A stretch of 64,000 nucleotides of DNA from a virus. The DNA is taken from IMG/VR virus record IMGVR_UViG_3300027808_000009, positions 53,920 through 117,919 of that record; one strand, written 5' to 3'. The translations under genes and the position numbers were made by a program. This document shows, piece after piece, positions 18,001 through 27,263 of the stretch. The notes under the pieces are model-generated. The model did not search any database, was not told the origin of the DNA, and saw only the letters and a list, made by a program, of their open reading frames with translations. Position 1 is the first letter of the stretch. The number at the start of each line of letters is the position of its first letter.

Positions 18001-20314
18001 TATTGCAAGTCACTATGGTGGTATTAAAGTAAGATTGAGAAACCAATATGGTCAATTAGATTCTATTAAACAAATACCAATTACACCTTATGAACAAAAA
18101 TTTAGTTATAATGGTGAAAATATACCCAGGTCAAGAAGTTCATTTTACTGTACAATAAGTACTCCAAATGGAAATAGAAATGTTGAGGTAACTCTTAAAG
18201 TAATATCACAAACACCAGTATTCTTTGGTGGTGATACATATGTAAATAGATATACTGAAAAGAATAATATGTTCTTCTTCTATGACTGGTTGTATGGTCA
18301 ACCTGATGGATATGAATATAATTATATTCTAAGACACATGATTGCTGAACCTAGATTCTGGGCAAATAGTCAATTATATGATGTAGCAGATGCTACACCA
18401 ACATCTATTGCTGAGTTAATTGATCCTCCTCCGGGAACTGGTTATAAACCAACAAATTATTATAATTTAGACTATTATGTAGATGATAATAGAAAATATG
18501 ACTATTATGATGATAAACCAAAACCATTAAGTCCTAGTGATAACTATCCTGGAATATTTGGAGCTAAAAATTCATATTTCTATTTATCTAATTCATCAAT
18601 AAGAGATTTCTTTGTTGAGTCAGATGTATTAGTAGACTTTAGAGAACCTGGTACTGAAGTATGGGAACAACATTATGACCGTAATACTTATACAAATTTA
18701 CCTGCAATGTTTAATATGAATCCTGATACTATATCTAAAGGAAACTATTATGCATATGATTATTCATTAAGTATATCTAAAGTATTTACTCAATATTTTT
18801 CTCAAGGTAATTTACAATCAAGATATTACAATCCAATTGTATCTAACTTATGTTATACTTACTATCCTGATAGAGTTGTTTACTCATTGCCACAACAGAA
18901 TGAATCATCTAAAGATTCATGGTTTGTTTATCTAGTTAATAACTATAAAGAATTTAAAAATAGAATTACAAGTATAAAACCATATGCTAAAACTGGTATG
19001 TTTATTACATTCCAGAACTCTAGTCCATTAGTATATCAAGGTGTTGATACTCTTGAAACAGATCTAGGTACTAAACTTACTATAGGTGATGGTGGTTTAT
19101 TTGCAAATCCTCCTCAGAATGTAACTATATCTGATGTAGAATATGAATATGGTTCATCTCAAAATAAGTTTGGTGTAATTGCTACTCCAGCAGGTATGTA
19201 TTATATATCTCAAAATCAAGGAAGAGTATTTGCATTTGAAGGTGGTCTAAAAGAAATATCTCAACAAGGTATGAAATGGTGGTTTAGTTTATTCTTACCA
19301 TATAAACTTACTGAAGATTTTCCTGATTATCCACATACTGATAATCCTGTTGCAGGAATTGGTACACAAGCTGTATATGATAACTACAATGGAGTTATTT
19401 ATTTCTGTAAAAAAGATTATAAATTAAGAAATGATTTAACTCCAGGTACAATTGTTACTTATGATTCATACGGAGATTACTTTTTAGTTAATGGTCAAGC
19501 AAGAGTTGAGTTAGGTGATCCTCTTATATTTGAAAATGCATCGTGGACAGCAAGTTTTGACCCTAAGAGTGATTATTGGATTTCATATCATGACTGGCAT
19601 CCAGATTTTGTGTTACCTGCAAGACAATTCTTTATGACAACTAAAGAAGGTAGATTATGGAAACATAATGTAGCATGTAATAGTTACTGTAATTTCTATG
19701 GTGTTCAGCATCCATTTGAAGTTGAGATACCATTAATAACAGGACAAACAATTACTACTCTTAAATCAATGGAGTATATTCTTGAATGTTATAAAAATAG
19801 TCCAATAAATTGTATTGATCAGTATCATGTACTTGATTATAACTTTGATAAAGCAGTAGTATATAATTCTGAGCAAGTATCTGGATATTTAAATCTTAAT
19901 ATATTCCCTAAGAATAATATTACACTTGCTAATACCTATCCTAAAGTTAATATAACATCTATTGATGTACTATTTTCTAAAGAGGAAAACAAATATAGAT
20001 TTAATCAATTCTGGGATATAACTAAAAATAGAGGAGAGTTTCCTATAGGTTCTAATTACCCTCCTACTGGACCATTAGTTCCAGGCACAACTGTACTTGC
20101 TGGTAACTATACTCAAGAAGTAATATGGAATACTCAATCTAATGGTTATATTAAAACATTAAATACTACTAACTTAGATTATACTAAGAATCAACTTGAG
20201 AGAAAAAAATTCAGACACTATTTAAATTTCTTATATTTGAGCAAAGCTAATTCTCAAGATGTAAATATGATAGTTAAAATTAGTAATAGTAAAAATCAAA
20301 TATCACTCAGATAA
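15014..20314 (+). CDS. muzzle / tail stabilisation protein (P22 gp10-like position in crAss-like phages)
   Basis: 1766 aa; FVKGLNKD...WTHARNAVN N-terminus, beta-propeller-like composition, SWTASFD..WISYHDW motif. Confidence 0.75.
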   Translation: MAKKNIQDTSQNKTNTFVKGLNKDSDPTFVAEGMWTHARNAVNNTLEGNIGTLSNETSNVYCVEAGATLPGKKYIIGTIHLYSDKWIIFTVAYPTTGVGTPTGHEIGLFEEDRCTYRIIVQDDCLNFDKRNLITGASREKEDCSWGVYFADGKNPDRYLNIGDNDLWPSSDYAWIGNNKYGNITSGATMQWPGVQWKQLCHTDSGCQQVYPDEWPLGCPGANDCIICEDTTMLSCEDLRLARLMETPTIQVKPGVGGGVLRNGSYFAVLAYTIKGQRVTDYFSPSNTQPLWNVDDVASCIDIFISADNNHFEEFELVVVQIINQGAVAKRIGIYSTNTSVIHLDQIKDDLITIPIEQIPLRNIVYETSDQMTEVNDYLLRIAPRSKFDFNYQPLANQIQSQWTSVEYPANYYVQGGSNTNYLRDEVYTFFIRWVYNTGDKTSSYHIPGRVAGTFNGIPETQLTADQNSLSPDDRYFEVYNTATASAAPGTVLPDGGIVVAQGRMGYWESTEKYPDNRHDIWDASSQCWSGTTDPQFDLCGKYIRHHKFPDNITGGGNLTNHYSQGGQAIRLMGVVFNNIILPKDNDGNDIPGIVGYEILRGSREGNRSIIAKGMLNNMRTYELKGNDAGGRKGLYPNYPFNTITPLSSSIGGHVAGYNDPYIRLKDDVAQDIPLNMVTFHSPDTNFRTPFLSTTELKLYGRVSGTSTQFFQEPDQHPQFKLLADFVIIVAVIAGVIEMAIQNGGKWTIQQNGPVAATGGGDVSALAARPAAGVFQGVQAAYEIGLQAYFGLGGFLADSLVPFLNPALAVTNIQTIYDAATVVAATAGATSPLGNTYTKEIPRYQYAGLIGAGNFLQQSISYFAEGANTSIRLAYALIPYRQFALQSIAEGFYSNFNSPNYSQVQRFNIEDSFYLKNNIQNVKPFSGINYVINNLKRQTSVTLRTSSGSTVKVNNGPDYITGPGEDKSLVTLGTAIQAGIGLPVDMTDNKTNTFRLPIASHYGGIKVRLRNQYGQLDSIKQIPITPYEQKFSYNGENIPRSRSSFYCTISTPNGNRNVEVTLKVISQTPVFFGGDTYVNRYTEKNNMFFFYDWLYGQPDGYEYNYILRHMIAEPRFWANSQLYDVADATPTSIAELIDPPPGTGYKPTNYYNLDYYVDDNRKYDYYDDKPKPLSPSDNYPGIFGAKNSYFYLSNSSIRDFFVESDVLVDFREPGTEVWEQHYDRNTYTNLPAMFNMNPDTISKGNYYAYDYSLSISKVFTQYFSQGNLQSRYYNPIVSNLCYTYYPDRVVYSLPQQNESSKDSWFVYLVNNYKEFKNRITSIKPYAKTGMFITFQNSSPLVYQGVDTLETDLGTKLTIGDGGLFANPPQNVTISDVEYEYGSSQNKFGVIATPAGMYYISQNQGRVFAFEGGLKEISQQGMKWWFSLFLPYKLTEDFPDYPHTDNPVAGIGTQAVYDNYNGVIYFCKKDYKLRNDLTPGTIVTYDSYGDYFLVNGQARVELGDPLIFENASWTASFDPKSDYWISYHDWHPDFVLPARQFFMTTKEGRLWKHNVACNSYCNFYGVQHPFEVEIPLITGQTITTLKSMEYILECYKNSPINCIDQYHVLDYNFDKAVVYNSEQVSGYLNLNIFPKNNITLANTYPKVNITSIDVLFSKEENKYRFNQFWDITKNRGEFPIGSNYPPTGPLVPGTTVLAGNYTQEVIWNTQSNGYIKTLNTTNLDYTKNQLERKKFRHYLNFLYLSKANSQDVNMIVKISNSKNQISLR

Positions 20315-21852
20315 TGGGATTTAATAAAAAAGTATTATCTAAAGCTGTATCAGAATTAGGTAAAGCAAAAGCACCTGGTAAACCAAGAGATATAATAACT
20401 GATCCTGCTGGTCAATGGAAATACCCAGGTCAGAAAACCAGGATTCCTGGTAGTAGTATTACTATGCAAGGTGTTAATTATCCTGTATGGGCTCAACCTA
20501 ATGTTGGTCCTGGATCAATGATGCAACCTAATCAAGATTATAACTTTCCTGGTGCATCTTATGTAGATGAAACACCAATTGCTAGAAAAGGTGGTACTCT
20601 TAAAAGTCATAGATACTCAAAGAGCATGTCTGCTACTAATAAACTATTTACTAAGAATAGGTTGTTTAAAAACATGAAGAGTAAGATATTTGATCCTAAC
20701 TCTAAGTTTCAAAAAGGAGGTTCTAAATTGGGCCCTATTAATCTTGATCCTAATCCATTAAGTCACTATGAATTAAACTATGGTTTTAATCTACCTACAG
20801 AAGAAGACGGTGGAGAACCATATGCTGAAGAACTAGAGCTTACTGATGAAGAAATACAAGCATATAGAGATGGAGGTTATGTAGTAGAAGAAGTAGCTGA
20901 ATATAAAATAGGTGGTTATGTACAACATGAACTAGTTAAAGCTCAAAAAGGTCTTACTAAAAAACCATTAGAGATTGCTGATCCTAAAGAATTTGCTTAT
21001 AGAGATAGAGCTTATAAAGATAGTTTAGATATGTATAAGAATAATCTTCTTGCTACAAAATATTATGACTTAGCAAATAATCCAGCATATGAAGATGACT
21101 TTTTTATTAATGCAAAAAAGGGATCTACGTATATTGAAAAAATGAAAAAGATTAAAAAAAATTCTCCTGCAAAATTTAATAGTGTATTTGATAAACAAAA
21201 AAAACCAGTACAACCTGTTGTATTTAAAAATGGTATAACAAATATAAACTATACAAAATCTAAACTTACACCATCTAAAAAAGATGATTTTATTAGTATA
21301 CCTCAAAGAAAAAAAATTGAATCATTAAGCACTCAATTTGAAAAACAAAAAATTGATGATAGAATAATTACTGATACAGATGTAGTACCAGAAGGTTATA
21401 GAAGAATAGGTAATTTATATACTGCATCTCGTGATGAAAAAACTGGTAAAGTAACTGAGAAAGAAAAGTTTATGCATGAACTAATTCCTCATCTTAATAC
21501 AAGACCAATACAACAATTTGCATCTTCAGAGCAAAGTATTATACCAGGAAAACCATATGTTAAACCTAAACCTAATGTAGGACCAAGATATGGTACATTA
21601 GCTGGTGATGAAAATTTAGAATTACCAGCAGGTTATACTCAACAAGAAAGAGAAGCAGCTAGAAGACAAAGAGATGCTCAAGAATTTCAACGTAAAACTC
21701 TTGAGTACCAACAACAACAAAGAGGTAATTCTCCTGTTGCTCAAATGCGTAAACAAGGTGGTGCAATTACTGAATCTTGGGAAGATGAATTAGATGACCA
21801 TACTATAGAATTATTAAGAAAAGCAGGTTATACCGTTGAAGAACTTGATTAA
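20314..21852 (+). CDS. virion cargo protein
   Basis: 512 aa, no Cys seen; repeated xxGG motifs and two acidic helix-GY-strand motifs. Confidence 0.55.
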   Translation: MGFNKKVLSKAVSELGKAKAPGKPRDIITDPAGQWKYPGQKTRIPGSSITMQGVNYPVWAQPNVGPGSMMQPNQDYNFPGASYVDETPIARKGGTLKSHRYSKSMSATNKLFTKNRLFKNMKSKIFDPNSKFQKGGSKLGPINLDPNPLSHYELNYGFNLPTEEDGGEPYAEELELTDEEIQAYRDGGYVVEEVAEYKIGGYVQHELVKAQKGLTKKPLEIADPKEFAYRDRAYKDSLDMYKNNLLATKYYDLANNPAYEDDFFINAKKGSTYIEKMKKIKKNSPAKFNSVFDKQKKPVQPVVFKNGITNINYTKSKLTPSKKDDFISIPQRKKIESLSTQFEKQKIDDRIITDTDVVPEGYRRIGNLYTASRDEKTGKVTEKEKFMHELIPHLNTRPIQQFASSEQSIIPGKPYVKPKPNVGPRYGTLAGDENLELPAGYTQQEREAARRQRDAQEFQRKTLEYQQQQRGNSPVAQMRKQGGAITESWEDELDDHTIELLRKAGYTVEELD

Positions 21853-21912
21853 ACTTTTAATGTTTATTGAGTAAACCAAAAATTATTATATTTAATATAT
21901 ATTATACATTAT

Positions 21913-24609
21913 ATGAAAAAGAGAGTAAGAGTATATAAAGCAGGAGGTCAATCAAATGCAGTTTCTCAAGAACAACAGATTGAAGCATATCTTACACAAG
22001 AGATGTCAGCTGACACTTATGATGGTGATGTTGATGCATTAAAAGATAACCTACTTAATGCCGGTATTGATGAAGATGTTGCTGATGATTATATAACAAG
22101 TGTTAGTGATGATCTTGGTTTAAATCAAGATACTTTATCTACTGAAGAAGAACAACAACTTATTGCTCAACAAGAACAACTAGCTGCAGAAAAAAAACAA
22201 GCTTTATTAGAACAAGAAGCTGCTGCAGAAAAAGCAAGAAAAGCACAACTTGCTGCAATATATGATACTGATATTGATATGTCAACTACTGAAGATACAG
22301 CAGAAGATGAAGAAAACTATATGAGACAAGGTGGTACTAAACCTAGTAAAAGAAATTTTATAAAACAATATACTAAGTTTGCTAAAATGGCAAGAGGTGG
22401 TGATACACCTACTCCAGGTTCTAATGATGTACTTAATGGTAGAGAATCACATGTTAAAGGCTTTTTAGGAGCAGTTAAAAATACTGCCGATGAAGCAGCA
22501 ATGAGACAAGAAGCGGAAGCTCAATACAATTCTGCATATGGTGCTCCTCAAGTTGGAGCATTTCAAGAAGGTGGTATACATCAAGAAGAAATTGATCCTG
22601 AAAATCCATTACACCATTTAAGTACATATGGTACTGATACAAGACATATATTCTCTGATGATATGTATACTCAAAATGATGTTGCAGCAATGGAACAATT
22701 TGGAGGTAATACTGGTCAAGGTTTATATAAATTTATTGGTGGAGGAGATAATGAATCTGCTGATGAAGAATACCAAGATGCTGATATAGATTTCAATCAG
22801 GAACAATATCAAATGGGTGGATTCAAAATGCCAAAAAGATCAGGTAGACAATATACTCAAGCAGTTAGTTCACCTTACTATACAGCTACAGGTGAAAGAA
22901 CTCAAGCTCCTAATCTTGCAGGTAGACAAGTATCAAGTGTTAAAGTAACCGATAGAGGTATTTTAGGTAGACCAAAAGCCTATACAATAAACTATGGTAA
23001 TTCAAATACCACTGGATCTAATGCTACTCCACAAATTAAAATGCCTACTGAAGATCAAGCAAGAACACTTGATGCAAATGCTGCTAGTGGTAAAGATAAC
23101 TATGTACTTTCAAAAAATCTTGCTGATCAAATGTCTAATAAACAAGCAAGAAACAATAGACAACCAGTTGCTGATTGGATGATGAGATCTGGTATACCAG
23201 GTATTAAACAAATGGGAGCACATATGACTAGATCAGGTGCTATTCCTGAAATACCTCAAGGTACACAATCAAATGCAGCTCAAGCACCAGCAAGCAATAT
23301 GCCTTATTATCCTCCAATGACAGCACGTGCTCAAAGAAGAGAAGCAAGAGATGATAGTAAACTTAATAGATTTTTAGGTAACAATGAGGCTGATGTATTT
23401 AATGATCCAAAAGAAGTTGCAAGAATACAAAGAAGTAATCCAGGTTATGTACCCTTTGGTGAAGCAACTCCAAATGAAAATGCACCAGTACCAGTAAACG
23501 GTCAGTTAGATCCAAATGTAATGAGTGCTCTTAATGCAGGTAAAAATAACCCAGAAGTAAAAGCTAAAGCTAAATTAGAAGATAAAAAAGAAGAAGCAAA
23601 AGCAGTTGAACAAGAAGATGAAAAAGTTGATGCAGTAGTAAATCCGTTATTACAAGCTGAAAGTGTACAAGCTGCAATTGATAACAATACAGCAGGTGGT
23701 TTAAATAAAAAAGCATTAAACTATGATTATGCAAATGATCCTGGTGCTAAAGCATTTCAAAATAAATACCCATCTTTTAGTGATGGAAGTGATGGAAGAA
23801 ATGAAGAGTTTTGGTCTCAACAACAACCACAAGGTGCTAATAAATATTCTCCTGAGAAAGCAGCAAAAATGAAGGCAATGGGCTTAAACCCAGATATATA
23901 TGGTCATCATTATTTATATCAAAATCCTGATAAATTTAAAGAATACGGTGGTCCAGTAGATTATACAGAATATGCATATGGCGGTGATATTGCCGTACCA
24001 GAATTATATAGAGCACAACAGGGTATGCAAGTAGGTTTTGATCCTAATGCTAACAATATGAATATTAGCAATCTTCAAGGATTTTTTGATAAAGCACCTA
24101 CTAAAGATGTTGCTGGTAATGAAATAACTGCAACAGTTCCGGCAAACATGCAACCAGATAATATTACAATTGATCCAAATCAAGCTAATGCTGAATCAGT
24201 AACTGATCAACCAGATAATATTTCTCAAGATTATAAAATCAAAAAAAATTGGGGTAAAATTGGTAGTGATGTAGCTGATGTAGCTGCTATTGGTAAAGTA
24301 GGTCTTTTAGCTGGATTAGATACTCTTGATAAAATTAATGCAAGAAAACAAGAGAATCAAATGCTTGCTAATACAACTTCTGCCGAAGCTAATTATGGAG
24401 TAAGTAATATAAAAAAGAAAGGTGATTATGATCCTAACTCAGGTTTATTTAGACCAGATCAAATGGGTTCTAATGCAGTTGTTAAATATGGAGGTGGTAT
24501 TTATGCTATGGGTGGTAACACTGAAGATGAAGATGAGGATATTCAATACATGACTCAAGAAGAGATAGATGACTTCATGGCTAATGGAGGAGAATTAGAA
24601 TACTTATAA
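21913..24609 (+). CDS. virion cargo protein (acidic, largely disordered)
   Basis: 898 aa; more than ten [YFM]xxGG motifs; no Cys seen. Confidence 0.55.
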   Translation: MKKRVRVYKAGGQSNAVSQEQQIEAYLTQEMSADTYDGDVDALKDNLLNAGIDEDVADDYITSVSDDLGLNQDTLSTEEEQQLIAQQEQLAAEKKQALLEQEAAAEKARKAQLAAIYDTDIDMSTTEDTAEDEENYMRQGGTKPSKRNFIKQYTKFAKMARGGDTPTPGSNDVLNGRESHVKGFLGAVKNTADEAAMRQEAEAQYNSAYGAPQVGAFQEGGIHQEEIDPENPLHHLSTYGTDTRHIFSDDMYTQNDVAAMEQFGGNTGQGLYKFIGGGDNESADEEYQDADIDFNQEQYQMGGFKMPKRSGRQYTQAVSSPYYTATGERTQAPNLAGRQVSSVKVTDRGILGRPKAYTINYGNSNTTGSNATPQIKMPTEDQARTLDANAASGKDNYVLSKNLADQMSNKQARNNRQPVADWMMRSGIPGIKQMGAHMTRSGAIPEIPQGTQSNAAQAPASNMPYYPPMTARAQRREARDDSKLNRFLGNNEADVFNDPKEVARIQRSNPGYVPFGEATPNENAPVPVNGQLDPNVMSALNAGKNNPEVKAKAKLEDKKEEAKAVEQEDEKVDAVVNPLLQAESVQAAIDNNTAGGLNKKALNYDYANDPGAKAFQNKYPSFSDGSDGRNEEFWSQQQPQGANKYSPEKAAKMKAMGLNPDIYGHHYLYQNPDKFKEYGGPVDYTEYAYGGDIAVPELYRAQQGMQVGFDPNANNMNISNLQGFFDKAPTKDVAGNEITATVPANMQPDNITIDPNQANAESVTDQPDNISQDYKIKKNWGKIGSDVADVAAIGKVGLLAGLDTLDKINARKQENQMLANTTSAEANYGVSNIKKKGDYDPNSGLFRPDQMGSNAVVKYGGGIYAMGGNTEDEDEDIQYMTQEEIDDFMANGGELEYL

Positions 24610-24618
24610 TTTTGTATT

Positions 24619-27198
24619 ATGCACTTTAAAGTAAAAATAACTAAGAGATTACCACAAGCAAAATCGGGAGGTTTTACAGGTAACAATTTAAATAAACAAG
24701 TAATTAGTTTTGGTGGAGCTGACATGAATGCTGCATCAAGACATCTTGAAAATACAAGATACTTGAAACAAGTTCCAAGAGATGAAGCTAATCTAGAAGC
24801 TGAAGGTGGGGAAACCGCATTTGGTGATATCAATGGTGATGGATTCACTGAGCACATGCTTATTGGTGGTAAAAGACATAGTCAAGGTGGAACACCATTA
24901 AATTTACCTGATGGTACTTTTATCTTTAGTGATACAGCTTCTATGAAAATTAAAGACCCGGAGATACTTGCTAAGTTTGGTAAAAAATCTGGTTCATTCA
25001 CTCCTGCTGAATTAGCTAAACCATATGATATCAATAAGTATAGAACTATATTAGAAGATCCTAACTCAGATAAAGTAGATAAAAAAACTGCTGAGTTAAT
25101 GATTAAGAATATTAATCTTAAACTTGGTGCATTAGCATTAGCTCAAGAAGCTAAAAAAGGTTTCCCTCAAGGTATACCAGAAGTTGCAAAACCATATATG
25201 GAAGCAATGAAAATTAGTGAGGAAGATTTAATACCACAAAAACTACAACCTGAAGCTGAGATGAATGCACAAGCAATGCAGAATCCATATGAAAACCAAG
25301 GTATGGGTATGCAGTCTCCTGAAGAAGAATCTATGGAGCAAGTTCAAGGTATGCAGAATCCTCAAGAAGAAATGATGGAAGTACCTCCTATGGCTCAATA
25401 TGGTATAATGACAGGTGATTATAGTTATCCTGGACAACAATTATACAGAAACGGTGGTTCACTAGATAGATATCAAAGTAAAGGTGAAGTAAAATCAAAA
25501 GTTTACAGTAAAGATAACTTACCTAAAGATGCCGTTGTAAGAGAAAGAATTACTACTGATACTAGAGCCGGTGACTATGTTAAACAAGAAGATGGAACAT
25601 ACAAGAAAGTAACAGTAGCAACACTTGGTAAAACTCCTACTGCAGATACAAAGTCTTTAGGTATATCAGTAGAAGAATATAAAAAAGAATCTCCTGAGAA
25701 TGCTAAATTAATTGAAGACGCAAATGCAATTATTGCTAAAGGAATCCAAGCTGGTGGCATCACTACAGATAAAAAAGGTAATGTAAAAATTACAGGTAAG
25801 TGGGATGGTAACTTTAGAGATAGAGTAACATTATCAAGAGCTCTTAATGCTACTAATGCTAAAGGTGTATTTGGTACTGATAAATATAAAGTTGTTAGTC
25901 AAGGTGCAACAGGCCCTTATTCTAAATTAAACAATGGTAAACTTAAAGGTTCTGGTTCATTTGTTGCAGGATTTACTCCTGACTTATATGAACAAAGATT
26001 CATATATGAGCAAGCTAAAGGTTTAGGTATGACAGATGATGAAGCATTTGATGAAACAGACCGTATACAAAAAGATCCTAAATTAAAAGCACAAGCTAGA
26101 AGACAATTTGCAGGTACCCTAGGAATCAAAGATGTACCAGAAGATGATAAAGCATTATTATCAGAAGACTTCTATAAAAAGAATTACGCTGATGTTACAA
26201 AAGGTATTGAAAATTCATTAGGTGAAGGTGACTATAGACCAGCAATTGGAGATGAACAATTAGCAGGATTTGAGCATTTTGATGCAGTAGGTGGTAAACC
26301 TGAGTTTCAATATGAAAATGAAGCACCTGTAACTGAAGATGAAATAGCAAATGAAGAAGCTGCAGTAGCAGAAGAACAACAATATCCAGAAGCAGGAAAT
26401 CCTGAATGGTGGTTACAAGATAAAGTAAACATGGGACTTGCTGCTAGTGATTATTTTGATGTACAAAAAGCTTTACCATGGGCTGCAAGATATGAACCAG
26501 AAATGATGTCTCCTACATTTTATGATCCAACAAGAGAATTAGCTCAACAATCTGAACAAGCAAATATTACTAACAATGCAATGTCTCAATTCTTAGGACC
26601 ACAAGCTGCATCTGCAAGATCATCATCAGTACAAGGACAAGGAGCTAAACAAGCAGCTGATACTCTTTCTAGATACAATAATCAAAATGTAGGTGTAGCA
26701 AATCAATTTGAAGGTAACAATGCTCAAATAATGAATGAAGCACAAAGATTTAATCAAGCACAGAATAAACAATTATATGATCAAAATGTAATTGCTAATC
26801 AACAGTATAAAAATACTAAACGTGCATTTAAACATAACCTTGGTGAAGCATTTAACACTGGTACTACTAATATGATGAAAACAGATGCAATGAATCAGAT
26901 GTATCCTCAATATGCAGTTGATCCAAGAAGTGGCGGTAGAATGCATTTTACTAAAGGTAAAGTAGGTAAACCTGAACTTGCAACATCATTTGATTCATTA
27001 GTACAAAAATATATGGGATCTCCTTATTATATGGAAGGAGCAGATGCCATTAAAGCAGCTAAAACAGCTTCAGGATATTCAAGTGGAACTGATGGTGTTG
27101 ATCCAAATATGATAGCAGCTCAGTATGGTAAAAAAGGTGGGACAACTCAAATGGGATATGTAATGGGTTCTAATGTATTCCCTTTCCAGTTTACTTAA
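24619..27198 (+). CDS. virion cargo/ejection protein
   Basis: N-terminal NLEAEGGET...GGKRHSQGG..L.LPDGTFIFSD domain characteristic of crAss-like cargo proteins; Q/N-rich helical C-terminus. Confidence 0.6.
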   Translation: MHFKVKITKRLPQAKSGGFTGNNLNKQVISFGGADMNAASRHLENTRYLKQVPRDEANLEAEGGETAFGDINGDGFTEHMLIGGKRHSQGGTPLNLPDGTFIFSDTASMKIKDPEILAKFGKKSGSFTPAELAKPYDINKYRTILEDPNSDKVDKKTAELMIKNINLKLGALALAQEAKKGFPQGIPEVAKPYMEAMKISEEDLIPQKLQPEAEMNAQAMQNPYENQGMGMQSPEEESMEQVQGMQNPQEEMMEVPPMAQYGIMTGDYSYPGQQLYRNGGSLDRYQSKGEVKSKVYSKDNLPKDAVVRERITTDTRAGDYVKQEDGTYKKVTVATLGKTPTADTKSLGISVEEYKKESPENAKLIEDANAIIAKGIQAGGITTDKKGNVKITGKWDGNFRDRVTLSRALNATNAKGVFGTDKYKVVSQGATGPYSKLNNGKLKGSGSFVAGFTPDLYEQRFIYEQAKGLGMTDDEAFDETDRIQKDPKLKAQARRQFAGTLGIKDVPEDDKALLSEDFYKKNYADVTKGIENSLGEGDYRPAIGDEQLAGFEHFDAVGGKPEFQYENEAPVTEDEIANEEAAVAEEQQYPEAGNPEWWLQDKVNMGLAASDYFDVQKALPWAARYEPEMMSPTFYDPTRELAQQSEQANITNNAMSQFLGPQAASARSSSVQGQGAKQAADTLSRYNNQNVGVANQFEGNNAQIMNEAQRFNQAQNKQLYDQNVIANQQYKNTKRAFKHNLGEAFNTGTTNMMKTDAMNQMYPQYAVDPRSGGRMHFTKGKVGKPELATSFDSLVQKYMGSPYYMEGADAIKAAKTASGYSSGTDGVDPNMIAAQYGKKGGTTQMGYVMGSNVFPFQFT

Positions 27199-27263
27199 AC
27201 TTTCCAGGTTTAGTAAACTTATAAAATTTTAATATATTTACAGTATAGACAAACATTAACATT

